From Eukaryota sp. GEM-RC1 (lineage: Eukaryota), in contig JAUFOQ010000002.1 of the NCBI GenBank assembly GCA_040285855.1, positions 620,001 to 684,000 of the forward strand: a stretch of 64,000 bases of DNA. The letters are read 5' to 3'. The notes beneath the pieces are model-generated. The model ran no database searches and was not told the DNA's origin. It saw only the letters and a program-made list of their open reading frames with translations. Made by a program: the position numbers and the translations under genes. Below are positions 11,584-25,241 of this stretch, one piece after another. The first letter of the stretch is position 1, and every line of letters begins with the position of its first letter.

Positions 11584-14500
11584 TTATTGTTCTACGGTGT
11601 GGCGTTTGGTTTTTTTGGAAATGGGGATTCTTGAATTTTTTCTTCTTTTGGTTTTTTTCTGAATCATCAATGTTACGCCAATGGTAATAGTTAAAGTAAT
11701 AATCATTATTACTAAAAACCAAGAATATTTCAATTTTGTCTCTTTTTCTAGTATGTTCTCGTCGATATTTAGTATTAAATTTCTATAAAAGTCTTCCTTT
11801 TCCACTCGAATTCTGTAACCAATCGTGAAATTACCTGGGAAATCGGAATAAATCACAATGCGACCTCGGCCGTCAATCACTCGACTGTTAACCGTTCTGA
11901 TTTTAGAACCAGGATCTCTTCCATTTACAGTCTGGAAAAAGCTCAATTCGGAAGGAATGTAGTCTGTAATCGTGATTGATTGGTGATTACGAGGGTCAAA
12001 ATGAGTATCGTCGAGAAGATTCACAGTCACATACTGATGGGCACGAACAGAGATTTTTAAATTTTTAACTGGGACAGGATTTGAAAGTGTTTTGAAAAAT
12101 AACAAAACGTATTGTAAATCATCAAAAGTACCAGAGTCGTCACCAAAATAATATGAAATAATTGAAAAATTTAAAACAGGTGGAACAAAATGTTGAGACG
12201 GAATAAAGACCAAATCATATATTTCAAAAATGTGGTATTTTTGACCTTCAACGACAGTTTTTTGATCTTTTGTTTGAACCATTCCTAAGTGATCTGGTGG
12301 CAACGAATTGAAGACAACAAAGATGCTCGACATTTCATAAGAGAATCGTTCAAAATTTGAAATATTGAAGAACGAAAGCTGTACTGACTGGGTATCCTTA
12401 ATGAGGTACTGAGAATAAGGCTGAGGTGCTGTTGACGTGATGAATTCAACATTTTTCAAATAATTGAAATATTCAAAAGATTGAGTTAGCATACTTGAAA
12501 CCGAACCTAAGAAAAGTTCTGACAAGAGCAAACTATTGTCATCTTGCAAGTTGTCCAAAATTTGAAAATTTGATACAATTCCGACAAAATGATTGGAAGT
12601 CAAATCTACAAAAGACTTTTTGATGAAAATAGCCAAATGAATAATTGGTTTGAGCTAACTTCATATCAACAAGGAAATTAATAACTTCGACATCGTTAAT
12701 CAAAATAGAGATCAGTTTGTAATCTGACTGAGGATCATTTTGAACCGAAACAACCATAAAAACCCATCTATGTAAAGGAAAAACGTAATCATTAGATGAA
12801 ATTTTTAAACAATCCCCATCATTTGAAATCACATTCAAAACCAATCGCCGATCATTCATTCCTTTACTATTTAAACTCAAAGAGAATCCACCAATGTCCA
12901 CGTCACATGTATGGCTGAATGAAGAAAGAAGAAGTTGAGATGAAGATGTGGATGAACTTTGTATCCAAAAGGAAAGAACAAAAGGACGATTATCACTCAG
13001 ATTCAGCAAGGAGAAGGACTTTGAAGAGAAAACAAGAGCTGAGGGGATTTGGAATCTCAACAGGGAGAAGAGAAGTGGAGATGTAGGTAGAGAAGAAGTA
13101 GAAAATGAGACATTGTTATTGAAGAGGTTGGTCAACTTCAGATCAATAGAAAAGTTGAAAGACGACAAATCAGCCAGTTGGTCACTGAAATTCAATTCGA
13201 ATCGATTTCGACCATCAAATACGGCTGGCAAAGGAAAAGTACTTGAATCATCGAAACGAATAAGGCAATCAAAGTCAAGATTATCTAGAGAAAGCAGCTC
13301 AAGACCAGTAACTTCAAAGGAATTAAATCCCAAAACTGAAAGATTTAAGACATAAACTTGAACAGGACCAATCGATTTTGATTGATTGTTGAGAGCAACA
13401 ACTGTAAGAGAAACTTCAGAGACATTTAAAATATTCGGAATCGGACATATCAACTCAGAACAAGACTTTACAAGACCAGTCGTTTGAAGCCCATTGAAAA
13501 AGCAAACAAACGAATCAGACAGATAAAAACCGGTTCCCTTGAAAGAAATGTCTTGAGTCGATGAAGTAACAATTTTGATATTTTGAGTCATGTTTACTGA
13601 AAACTCTGTTTCAAAATTGAATTGAATTTGACCTACAACGTCATCAAATCCATCAGTTAAAACAAATGATAGAGTTTCCGCTGCCAAACCACAATGGAAA
13701 TGAAAGGGAACGTAAATGATTGTAGGATCTTGACAGGAAGAAATAGTAAATGATTGGATTGATGACGTGGTGATTGACTTGATTGAGATCGGATCACGGT
13801 CAGGATCAAAATAGGTAGGTTTGATGATGGAATAACGGTCAAACTCTACAGTTACAGTCATGTTTTTGACTGATGGATTTTGATTGATTGTTTTGATTGA
13901 TGCCGAATAGGCAGCTGACGTACTAACAGCTCCATCAGAAAAGATTGATTGATATTCAAATTCAAAAATAGTGTCGATTGGCCATGATTGATTCATTTGT
14001 AACTGTCGGAAAGGCTCATAAAAGAGTTCACAACCGTCATCAGTCAGGTTTGATTTTGATCTATAGACGGGATACTGACAGTCCTGATCAATGTAAAACA
14101 ACCTTCCAAAAGAAGGCTGGTTAATAACCTTGATTGCATGAGTACAATCAGGAAATATCAATTGATTGCAACGATTTCTGATTGCAGTGAAGTTGATGTC
14201 AGTTGAAGGTACTGATTTGAATGACTCAAAATGACTGACACTTTTACAATGAATTGACTGATTTCCAAAACATAAAGAAACAGACGAATTTGGAAAGGAA
14301 ACGGGGTTTACTGTAGAAAAATCAGATTCACTGAAACAATCAATTATGATTGAATCTGTCTGGTTGACCAATGTGATGGCAGTCAGATTGTGGGATCCGA
14401 CGGAACAGAAAGGATGAAGACTTTGAAAGTATTGAAGGAAATCAAAGGACATTGAAATCAAGAAACAGGGAAAATCACAAGAATAGTCCACAGAAATAAC

Positions 14501-16240
14501 AGTGATTACGTCAATCATATCTGATTGCGATTGGATTAAGTGATCATGGGTTTGAAGTCGAAAAGTCCATTCACCTTCTAATTTAGGAGAATGACAACTA
14601 CCTCCAGAACTAGAAGGAATCAAATCTGATTGAATAACAATACCGTCACGAGTAAACACACATCCAAGATGGAGGTCATCACTCAAAGAGAAAACGATAT
14701 TAATAAAATCATCAGAGTCAAAAACGACTTTTAATTCAATCGAAATGGGAAAGTCATCATACGTAAACGTCACCATAATCGACACATTAGAGTGTGAATA
14801 TCCATCGGTAACTACGGCAATTACCTCAACCTTGGGAAGTGGAAAAACTGAAGGAGAAAACCTGAGAGAAATCGAGTGGAAATTGAGATTTGATTGATTG
14901 ACAGTCACGAAATTAGGATCATAGAAAAGATCAATCAGAGATAAAGGGTCGTTTTCCGGGTCAAAAACAAATTGGGAAAGATCTAGATTCATTACTTCCT
15001 GAATGGTAGCAATGAGCTCTATTTGATTGTGATAGGGAGAACCATTACGTGACTCAATCAATAGTGAGTGATTAACCACGTTCTTCCCATACAAATACAC
15101 CTCACAGACAACTTCCTCCCTGATATCTGGGCCTGACAGTGGAGGTTGATAAGTAACTTCATCATAGAGAGACAGATTAGTTCCAATCGGAGGGTTGAAG
15201 GTACCTGCAAGGAGAGAAGAAGATGAGAGAAGGAATGAAGAAGATTGGAGGTAGAGCTCAGTCAAAGTGGAGAGATTAAAAGAAAGTGATTGAGTGTGAT
15301 TGGTGTTCAGATGGAATTGATCTGAATCAGGAATAGAAATTTCAAATTTGACACAGCTTTGGTCCATTAACACATCATTTTTGGTAGAAACGCACAAACT
15401 GCCCACTCCAATGCTTACCATGGCAGGAAACACAAAAGAAGAAGACTTTGCATTGGGAAGAGGCTGTAGACGAAGTAAGTCAGAATCAATGGAGAGAGAA
15501 GCTTGTAGTAGATCATTTTGAAACAAGTTGTCCAAACCAATACCACTTAGTGAAACAACGCCACCTGTCATTGACAATGACGATGGAAAAGCATGAGAAA
15601 GTTCAAAAAGTTTAATGAAGATATTATCAGAAACGATTGTGTTATTAATGTAAACATCAACACATATTTTAGCTGAAAGATCACTAAAGTCGAAGAAGGA
15701 TAAGTGATATAAGGGATTTGGAATGGGGCATGATATTTGGACATGGTCAGAATGTCTGGAATATGAACCGGTAACGACATCACCGGTTGCTATGCAACCC
15801 AAACGACACGAAACATCACCAATGGGAACAGAAGTGGCAGGAAATACAACTTGGATTGCATCAGAATATAGAGCAGAAAGATAAGAAGAAACAGGCAGAG
15901 GAGATTCCACTATATGGAGAAGCGATGTTGTCCAGTACTCCATAAAAGTTCCATGATCAGAAACAATAACAAAAACAGGAGATGATGTGGGATTAGAAGT
16001 GATGCTGCACTTTATCAATGTCGAATTCAACAATAATGCTGGAAATGTCTGGCCTTTTATGGAACAAACTACTGAATCAACAGAAGTGGTCTGTTGCATT
16101 GGAATTTGACAGACCAGCTCTCCACCTGATGATGGTAGAATTGATGGACTGCAAGTTGCCTCTTTAGCGTGTGAAACCCAGAGCAGCGTAAGCAACACAG
16201 CTAAGACCGTGAATCTGACATTATAGTGAAGCAGTTGCAT
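11584..16240 (-). CDS. Large type-I membrane/surface protein with IPT/TIG-like, cadherin/Ig-like and LamG-like segments
   Basis: N-terminal signal peptide; C-terminal TM helix plus basic tail; SFWIQ...WVFMVV and DPDRDPISI motifs; two overlapping ORFs (~12540-12636) probably one gene. Confidence 0.6.
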
Positions 16241-17330
16241 TGAAAGATTGACGGATATCTACCCAATTTGTGCTTCTCTAAGATGATCATCAAGATTACT
16301 TGGATCGAGTGCATAGTGCAAAAATAGTAACGGCTTACGTGAGGACAATTACTTTTAACTTCCTTTGTTGCGTATATTTAGTAGAGTCGGTAACATCACT
16401 ACAAAGTTGTTCAAGTACATGAAGAGAACTAAACCTTTAACATTCTAGTCAGAGCGAAAACTCTGTAGGGGTTAGGTTAAATGGTTCAGTACAATTGGTT
16501 TTATACAAACCGATTCTCAGATCATCGTCAATTTTCAAGTGCGTCTTGTTCCCGTTCTCAAAGTATTTGTGAAGGGCCGATTTTTCGTTTACTGTGGGAA
16601 GGTACTAATTGCAAATAAGGGTGAGCAGCATGCTGACAGTGTTGTTGTTCGTTATAATTAACGTTTATATTTTAATATACCCTTTAATCATATTTGTAAA
16701 TTTCATACCACACGCAATAAAACCAGTCCGACCCCCGGTCATATTGGGAGGGTCGACTGTCTCGTACTAATGTGCAAAGTTTTGTGTCAAACGATATCTA
16801 CATCTACTCTTGAACAATTCAAATTACCTGGAACATTTCTATACATTATCAATACTGCACGATTGTGCCAAAAATATATGGTCAAAAAACTATTTCTTGA
16901 GCACGATCCAGACACAATTGACGGTTTAGTTAAGCAAATGAAGATGACATTATAACCTTCCTTCAGACAGACAGACACTATTTGTGCGTACAATGATTTA
17001 CATTATATCTGTACTGTAGCAATGATGATTGGTCCGACAACAGTTGAATAGTCATTGCGATTCTATTTTAATCAGTAAACTACAAATATGTATATTTATT
17101 ACAATTTCGTTTTCCAACACCTGCCTCCGGCTAAATGTAGCTGAATGACATGTGATGGTCGAAAAACAAATATAATAACGCAGTTGCTCGATAGACAAAA
17201 ATTCATAGCGTCATTCACACCGACACAGATGGGGTCGTACATTATACCAGTGATAACTTCCTCATCGAAGAAGTGCCAAGGTCGGTCACAACAATGAAGA
17301 AAGAACAACTTTCTCTCTACAAATTCTCCA

Positions 17331-18058
17331 ATGTTCAAATCAGTCTTTCTGTTGGCGGTTCTCGCCGTTGTCGTGTCTTGCAAGTCATGCAGCTTTGAAG
17401 TCAATGACAAATTCTATGATCTTTCGTCATTAAACAAGTTTGTTGATATCTCCTGTGGAACGCTAATTCCAGAAATGATCTTGTCTGGGATAAACCATAC
17501 AGTCAAACTCAGTGGTTTTTCCGCGCCTGTTCTCCAGTCTCAGAAAAGTGTGGATCTTACAAGAACGCCGCTCTTTGTGAGAAGGATGACAATGGTAATC
17601 ATCACAGTGGTGGAGGTTATGACAAGGCTACTGCTAAGGCTCTTCCCGAAAAGGATAAATCCGGTCTAGCAATTACTTATAAAGACGGTGATGTTGGTTG
17701 TGGTGGTGTTGCTCGCTCCACTACTGTTATGTGTTTCTGCGATGCCTCCAAGGAAGGAGAAATTGAAGACATGAACGAATACCCTCCATGCACCTACGAA
17801 ATGGCTGTTTACTCCAAACACTGTTGTGAAACTAGCAAACCATCCTCAATATTTCCCAAGATCCTTCTTGGTACTGTAATTGTCGTCATCCTTTACTTTG
17901 TTGGTGGATTCTTGTTTATGTTCTTCGTCAAGAAGGAACGTGGTGCAGCTGCAATTCCTAACGTTCAATTATGGCAATCTGTTGGTTCTTCCATTTCCGG
18001 ATTCTTCTCCTTCGTCGCAGCCAAAACCTTCAAGAGAAGTCAGTATACCCAGGTTTAA
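17331..18058 (+). CDS. MRH-domain (mannose-6-phosphate receptor/ATG27-like) membrane protein
   Basis: Signal peptide; YDLSSL; 35-nt intron 17438-17472 restores the frame; ITYKDGD.GC...RSTTV..FCD, EYPPCTY; TM helix; C-terminal YTQV sorting motif. Confidence 0.8.
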
Positions 18059-19182
18059 ATGCTTTAACTTATTTTTATGTATCTAGTATAATATCCCAGA
18101 ATAAACAGGTTTGTATACTACATACCAATATTCTAGAATAGGTTGTGTCGCCAAATGCTGCTTTACATCTACTAGTATCTTGATTATTTCAACTGCTTGC
18201 CACACCACTCCCAACTCTAGGCAGATTATATTGTAGTAGTAATGATTGTTCCATCAACAGTTGAACTGTTATTGTGATACTAATTTAATCAGTAGAACAA
18301 AGTCTATGATCATTCGTCATTGTGGCGGATATCGATACAGTAATGGATACGTCCAATTTACATTTGTTTACGTTCAAACTGCATAATCTAAACCATGGTT
18401 GTCATGTCACCACTCACATGTTTTGGGTGTATACATGTTAAACTCCACTCCCAACCGTGCCCAAAACATTTGAAATCTTCCGATGACAAGAAATGAAAAC
18501 TAAGAATGATTATCATTAAAACAGCATTATCAATTGTCATAGATAGCAATGCTCATGGTCATAATTTGTTATCAATTTACAATAGTTAATTTTTGCTTAA
18601 AGTGATTGATTCAAGGAAATTTTTGTGATAATGAGCAATCAAGTCAGTAGAAAGAGGATGAGTACATTGAGTGCTCACAAACAGTTTGCTAAATGCTCCT
18701 TCAATGTGTCACAATTTTAGGGATGACTCAACTGGAATCTAATCGATTAATATTGTAAAAAGAAATTTGTGATTGGAACAAGGTTCTATATTGTTTTCTC
18801 AAATTAAGAATCCTGATAAAAACTGGAACAACAAGCGTTTAAAGTCAGCAAACAGATTTCTTGTTATAGTTCAGAGCCATTAACAATGATATTTGAATTA
18901 TCGTTCATTTATTTGCTTTTCATTTCGTGTAGAGCTTACTCTGGTTTCTTCTTAAGACTGAACACTGCACCTAAACTCAATGATGAAGAATTAGAGAGAT
19001 TTCAATATAACGATTGCCGCTCATTTACAGTATCTCAGCAATTGAATTTGCAGATATTTAGGATTCAAGAGGTTTAAATAATTTAGTATACATGTTACGA
19101 AAAAATGGTAACATCTACTGTAGCCGTTCTTTTCAGTAAAATGAGAAGTTTGTTTGCAACAATTAAATTAACATATTACATG

Positions 19183-19340
19183 TAGAACTGTCAAACGGTT
19201 CGGATCAAGCCGTAAACCGAACGACTTGAGCCAAGTCATATCCAAATTTAGCTTGGCTTACTCAAATGGCTCAAGACAAAGCCGAACCAGTTTGGAATTC
19301 TACAAGCCAAACCATTCGGCTCAAGCCGTTGACAGCTCAA
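19183..19340. mobile_element. Degenerate small MITE
   Basis: Imperfect TIR TAGAACTGTCAAACGG/CCGTTGACAGCTCAA; internal CAAGCC repeats; no clear TSD. Confidence 0.45.
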
Positions 19341-19638
19341 TTTGGCAAACCAAAAACAGGGCAATGTAATTCCAAAAATGCTAACACTGTAGCAAGAAAG
19401 GAGATGTCAGTAAACTCATTACAACTGCAACGCTGCAAATGTCACTTTGTTTCATTCTGATAGAGTTCTGTAGATCATAGTTTCCTCCGAAACACATATC
19501 GGTCTATGTGACATACAGTATATTTGGTAAAATTTATGTGTTCTAGAAGAATAGTGACTGCGTACAGATAGTACCGTCTTCTTGGTTCATGTATTTAGAG
19601 GAGACAAAATGTGGAAAACAACAAAAACTAGATGTAAC

Positions 19639-20093
19639 TTAAGCATTACGGATCTTGACCTTGTCTTTACCCTAGGATGAGAAATATATATAAGCCATAC
19701 GCGGAACTTCTTCATTCTGTTCTTCTTTTGGCGGCGTTCAGATCGAGCAGCCCGTTGGGTGGTTTCGACTAATCCTTGACTAGCAAGTCTGTGGGTAGGT
19801 TCGATGCGCTTCATGACTTCCATATTGTCATAGATAAGAGCAAAACCAGTGGTTCGTCCACCACCAAACTTGGTGCGGAAACCAAAGGCAGAGATGAGTT
19901 TAGCATCAACATCGTACATTTTAGAGATGTGGGATCGAACATCGTCCTTAGAAACGTTTCCACGTCCGAAGTGGAAAATGTCAACGACCATTTGCTTTCT
20001 AGACAAGAGTCTGTTGGTCATGAACTTTCTGGTGCGGATAGAAACTAACATTAGAGAGGAAGAGGGAGTCATACCCTTGTTGACTTCACTCAT
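19639..20093 (-). CDS. RPS24: 40S ribosomal protein eS24
   Basis: IRTRKFMTNRLLSRKQMVVD, FGFRTKFGGGRTTGFALIYD; introns 20045-20074 and 19672-19700. Confidence 0.95.
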
Positions 20094-20184
20094 TATAAAG
20101 GGAAAAGGGAAAAGGAGGCCACTTACACCATTTCTCTTCAAATTTCCACTACTCAAAGCCTCCTCTCACTACCTACATCATCTC

Positions 20185-20727
20185 ATGGGATTCTTTAGTT
20201 TTCTTAAACGAGCTTTTGGAGTCTCTCCACCTCAAGGGAAAGTTCTTTTACTTGGATTAGACAATGCAGGCAAATCTACAATATTGAATTATATGAAGGA
20301 TGAAGTGAAAGACAACATTACAGTTCCTACAGTCGGTTATTCCTTAGAAGAGTTTACTTTTCAAGGTATTTCATTCAACTGCTATGACATGTCAGGGCAA
20401 CAGCGGTACCGTGATTTATGGGAACATTACATCAAAGACTGCCAGGCTATTATCTTTGTTATCGACGCTACTGATGCACTGAGGCTTTGTGTTGCCAAAG
20501 AGGAGCTGGGTTCTGTCATCAGTCATGAAGATCTCAAACCAGTTCCTATACTTATATTTGGAAACAAAATGGATCTTCCTGAAGCAGAGTCTCCTGCGGC
20601 AATTACTTCTAATCTTGAACTACCGCTGCTCCTCAAAGATTCAGATTATCACATTTGTGGCTCTTGTGCGCTTAATGGAGATGGTCTGGAAAATGGATTC
20701 TCATGGCTAGTTCAAAAACTTAAATAA
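20185..20727 (+). CDS. ARL6: ARF-like GTPase ARL6 (BBS3)
   Basis: MG N-terminus, GLDNAGKS, DMSGQQRYRDLWEHY, NKMD. Confidence 0.85.
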   Translation: MGFFSFLKRAFGVSPPQGKVLLLGLDNAGKSTILNYMKDEVKDNITVPTVGYSLEEFTFQGISFNCYDMSGQQRYRDLWEHYIKDCQAIIFVIDATDALRLCVAKEELGSVISHEDLKPVPILIFGNKMDLPEAESPAAITSNLELPLLLKDSDYHICGSCALNGDGLENGFSWLVQKLK

Positions 20728-21001
20728 ACCAACTGTACATTTATGTGGGTCAGTACATAGATAGAGAATTTGACACTATCATTTTTGTAAACTATTAGTG
20801 GTACTTTTGTCTCTTTGTATTGGTTATGAACAGTAATTGAGTGTGGCATGCATGCGATGAACCTATACTCCAATTACCATGTATCAGTATTAGTCTCCTT
20901 GATTCATGGTAATTGAACAAAAAGAACTAAAGTAACTAATCATGGCAACATGAACCATGACCAACTAGAAGTTCATTTGTCACCCAGACTAGTTTTTACA
21001 C

Positions 21002-21367
21002 ATGAAACTTCTTCTTTTTGTATTCTATCTCATTGCTCTTTGTCTGGCAGAAGACATTCCTGGCGGCTATTCAGAGAAATCCAAAGTTCATCTTGATGAC
21101 CCAAACGTCTTCCGCGCTGTGAGAGAATGTGTAAAGCACATCAATGATGTATACAACTCTACTTACAAAGTTAACGATTTTGAAGTTCTCAATGTCCAAA
21201 TGAAGGTTGTTGCAGGCATTGTTTACAAAATCCATCTAGCGGTTCCTCTACCTAACCACATGGGAAAGCATTTCAAAATGGAAGTTTTTAGGGATCTATC
21301 ATCGAACTATTCCGTTGAAACCGCTGAATATCTGGGAGAAGCACCTTTAAGACCCACATCTAAATAG
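21002..21367 (+). CDS. Secreted cystatin-like protein
   Basis: Signal peptide, PGG, KVVAG variant of QxVxG; paralog of 26534-26884. Confidence 0.75.
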   Translation: MKLLLFVFYLIALCLAEDIPGGYSEKSKVHLDDPNVFRAVRECVKHINDVYNSTYKVNDFEVLNVQMKVVAGIVYKIHLAVPLPNHMGKHFKMEVFRDLSSNYSVETAEYLGEAPLRPTSK

Positions 21368-21416
21368 ACACATTATCTGAATCAGAAGTATAAAAAATTG
21401 TACATATCTCAATTTA

Positions 21417-22295
21417 TCACAAGTGTTTCTGTAGGGCGTCAACAATGTCCTGATATTTAGGGCTGTCAAACTTTGTAATGATACTGTGAATTAAAGCATG
21501 CTGATCTGAAAACAGTTGATGATTGATCAAAGAGAAGTAGCTGAGCCCAGCTTCAACAATGTTCTGAAGATACAATCCTTCTGGATCCTCAGAAAACTGT
21601 AACAAGTAAATGGAAATTAAGTCAATCACACTATTGTATCTAATCTCGAACAAGTCTTGTAGTTCAGGATATTCAGCTTTAGCAAACGCAAGACTATTAA
21701 GAATAGTAAGGACACGAAAGAACAATCTTGGTGATGTATCCATAATAGTAAGTAAGGATGAAATTCCTTGTTGTCCGAAAGCCTGAATGTTGGGGGAATT
21801 GTGTTGCATTAGAGCTGATGCAAAAGAAGCCGCCCTTAGCTTAATCAAATCATTGGAATGCTTGAAAAAATGGATACATACAGACAATGCGTTATGATTG
21901 GACTGACAATGTTGTTGAAAAACAAAATTGTTGGAAGCGCAGGTTGTCAACAATATTAGAGATGATTCAACAATACTATCTCTGGAATCTTGTAGAAGTG
22001 TGGAAAATATAAAGGGAAGTGCTTCTATACGGATAAGATCATTGGCATTTTCCTGCTGGCATACAGTGTCCTGAAGCAGGTCTAAACAGTAGTTCAGAGT
22101 ATCTGAAGCATCTCCGTTCTCATAAGAGGTTCTAAGGCTAGAGAAAAGTTCGGAAAGGGTAAGACCGTCAGGTTTGAGAGCGTTTTCTAAGAATTCCATA
22201 TCAGAGGACGATAAACCCTGGCGTTGAACCTCTTGAAGGCGGTCAGGGTCAGAGTGAACCAGAGATTGTTTGAGCAAACGATTAAGGTCTTGCAT
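21417..22295 (-). CDS. Hsp70 nucleotide exchange factor Fes1/HSPBP1-like
   Basis: LNRLLKQSL N-terminus, LDLLQDTVCQQENANDL, CASNNFVFQ, ARM-like repeats. Confidence 0.7.
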   Translation of the reverse strand: MQDLNRLLKQSLVHSDPDRLQEVQRQGLSSSDMEFLENALKPDGLTLSELFSSLRTSYENGDASDTLNYCLDLLQDTVCQQENANDLIRIEALPFIFSTLLQDSRDSIVESSLILLTTCASNNFVFQQHCQSNHNALSVCIHFFKHSNDLIKLRAASFASALMQHNSPNIQAFGQQGISSLLTIMDTSPRLFFRVLTILNSLAFAKAEYPELQDLFEIRYNSVIDLISIYLLQFSEDPEGLYLQNIVEAGLSYFSLINHQLFSDQHALIHSIITKFDSPKYQDIVDALQKHL

Positions 22296-22489
22296 TCACG
22301 AAGGAGAAATAATTTAAATTGGTCAAACAATTTGGGTATATCATCATTCAGCCAAATGGTGTTTAACTTCTATAGAGATATACTATTAATCAAGGGTTCT
22401 ATATTGAACATATCAGGTCCAGCACATGAATACCATTAACTTAGACATCCTTAAAGAATGCTTATTCTGAAAACTTCCTCTTGGAACAT

Positions 22490-22800
22490 TTCTGAACAAG
22501 GCAAACAGAATAGGTACAAAAAACCATTGTTGGCTCTGGAAACAGGTAAAAGCATGTTGAAAATGATTTATGTCCTTTTACTGTTTCAATCTATGTCTCT
22601 TCAGGAAAAAGTGCACTCATTTTGTTTGTGATTTCGGAAAAATCGTAAAAAGTGAAAGAACATACTCTTTAATCATACTAGTATGTTATTGTTGAATCGT
22701 ATTGTTTTTGCTGTTTTAAAAACAGTTCCCCTAGTCATCTCCAGAGCTTTACTAGCTGTGACTTCCTTTTATGAAGACAAAGCTGTTGTTTTAATGATTT
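22490..22800 (+). mobile_element. 3' fragment of RLE non-LTR retrotransposon
   Basis: LNRIVFAVLKTVPLVISRALLAVTSFYEDKAVV matches the C-terminus of 33390-34031. Confidence 0.8.
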
Positions 22801-22834
22801 CAAATTTCAGTTTTTCAGTATATCACATTTATAT

Positions 22835-22903
22835 AAAAAACGGGGTTTATGATCAATCAGAGAAAAAATTGATTTTGCAAAAATAATAACTAACATACAC
22901 TAA
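22835..22903. repeat. Short dispersed repeat (A-run)CGGG(G/T)TTTATGATCAATCAG...ACATACACTAA
   Basis: Further copies at ~25391-25463 and, partially, ~47349-47385. Confidence 0.7.
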
Positions 22904-23866
22904 TGGAAAAATCTGAACTATTATCCTTCTGTCCTTCACCAAACAACTTACCTAAAATCCAATTATAATATCTGTGCATGGGACGAACAGCGCAAACGTT
23001 ATCCTACTCAACCATCAATTTTCGTCAAAAACTTTAGAACACAATATACCAAAAGAAGTTAAAAAACCCTGTGCATCTGGTCCAACATTACCGTACATCG
23101 ACTCCGCAAATGGTTGAAACACAAAAGATTTTTTTTAGATGATTTCTAGTTCAAAACAAATTGACTTACACACTTTTAAGCTAGAACTTTATGAAACACA
23201 GTTTAGATCAAGCCTAGCGCTCCTAGATAGTGCTTCTTCTTTGTCAATTGTTTCATCAATTGTGAATGTTACTGAAGGACATGTGCAAATACCACAGTTA
23301 CTTATAAAAAACAAATACCAAAAGAAAAGAGTGTAATGTAATCAAGTATTCTTGAAAAAGCACCAAAAATTCTGATTGTATTTGATGAGTCGTATCAATG
23401 TTTTGAACTAAATAGTTTGATGCTAAGACTGGAAGACAATAAGTGGATTGAGTAAGAAGATTGATTTAAACTGAATGTGTTGTGTGGTTTACTGGAATAA
23501 ATCAGTGTTGTTTTAAAATACAGTGATCAGCCGTACAATCGTTGTACAGAAGCATCCATTCAATTAAATTTTTTGTGTTGTCGTTCCACAACGCTCTTAG
23601 CAGTCTGTAACAGACTCTGTATTGGATTTCCATGTGTTCTTTTAGATGACTCATAATTTAGAGTAGTAGAATATTTAGTGTTATGCAGTACTTCTTATCA
23701 GTCCAAGAATTCTGTTACGACAATACGTGGTGTATATTCACCCACTACGTGTCAATTTTGAGTTGGAAGATCGAGGAACAATTCGAAGACAGTTGTATAC
23801 AGCAAGGACCGTTACAGCAAGTCAAACGAATTTTTCTCAAGAGTTTTCGTTTGCCTGCAACTTGCA

Positions 23867-24325
23867 ATGGACACAGTTTCTTCAACTCCATCGTCAATCA
23901 TAACGCCTAGTACTCGGTATGAGAGTTCCTCAATCGAACGAATTCCATCCCAAACTCGAATCATTCCAGCGAATCTCAGAATTTGTCATCACTTGCGTCA
24001 TATGAACCGTGTTCAACAGATGAAGGCAATCGACTTTTCGTCCAGTGAGGGTCCGTTCTTACTGATACTTCTCATTACTGTGAAAGAAGTAAACACTCAA
24101 TACTTGATTGTAACAGATGCATCTCAAAAACAATCAATGGACATCAATACCCAAATGTGTTCAACTGAAAACATTGTTGTTGGTTCAGAAGCAGTGATTG
24201 TAGTGAAACTAACAAAAACCCAACTCTTTGCTTTATTCGTCCGCCAAAACATCCTCCCCGTAGAAAGATTTCTCTTACGTGATTCGTGTAGATCAATAGA
24301 ACAAAAAATTCTCAACAGTCGATAG
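23867..24325 (+). CDS. Hypothetical protein
   Basis: 152-aa ATG-initiated ORF with host-like composition; no family recognised. Confidence 0.5.
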   Translation: MDTVSSTPSSIITPSTRYESSSIERIPSQTRIIPANLRICHHLRHMNRVQQMKAIDFSSSEGPFLLILLITVKEVNTQYLIVTDASQKQSMDINTQMCSTENIVVGSEAVIVVKLTKTQLFALFVRQNILPVERFLLRDSCRSIEQKILNSR

Positions 24326-24414
24326 GCATATATATATTTTTAATTAAAACTAAATTCTATGGAACAGGAAGAGTTGGAAGTGATGCTGTATGACCCGGAT
24401 GCTGTATCGAATAC

Positions 24415-25241
24415 TTAAGTAGAGGGGGAAGTTGACGACGAGTTTGACACGCCTTGCTGCTCCAGAGCACGAATCTTGGCACGTTTGCGTTTCCTTATAG
24501 TATAAAACACTAAAAGATACAGCAAAATCAGTTGTTGAACTGCTGACGTGAAATACGAACCCCATGTGGATATACCTGCACCACTCAAGATGAGAAAAAC
24601 TAGCATAAGTGCAGATCCTGGAGCTTGGAACGCAATCATTGCAATGGAAAGCGCGCCAGAACCCTTTCGTTTATATGTAATCAATATTTGTGGGATCCAC
24701 TGCCAGAGATTTATAACAGTAGATGCTAATCCTGTAGCATACGCGAGTTCAAGCACAAGGAAGTGACATCGATTATAGAAGTAGACAAGCACACACACAA
24801 CAGCAATGACTATTACAGCGTAAGTAAGAAATGATAGAAAGGCCCACAGACAAATTGAATAAGACCGAGCGCGCTTGTTATCGCGTTTTTCAAAGTAAAC
24901 TAGAAACAGAACAAGAACTGGGAAAAACGTAATGAAGCCAATCATTAACGTTATGAAGGAGAGAATACTGGGGAAGCACCCCCAGAATCCGACAATTGAA
25001 CAAGCCTTGAAGCGGACGATATTAAGCACCACGGAATTAAAGGCAACATTAAAATGGTTAAGATTAGCCAACAATAATGTTACCCCAGAAAGACCTTTGG
25101 AAGTCCTCTTTTAATAATTCTAAGGTATTGAGGTACATGACTGATAGCTAAACCAATACATAGCCCTATACCAATCAAGAGAGAGAAGAAAGAGAGATGG
25201 ATAAGAGAGTCTACCGGATTGGAATTTGGGTCACATACCAT
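24415..25241 (-). CDS. PQ-loop repeat membrane protein
   Basis: HVPQYLRII..TSKGLS and WIPQILITYKRKGSGALS repeats; upstream ATG at 25241 joins if one A is added near 25110. Confidence 0.85.

Noticed and set aside
19849..20184. N-terminal extension of ARL6 in the ORF track
   Set aside because: It is the antisense of RPS24; the myristoylation-type MG start is at 20185
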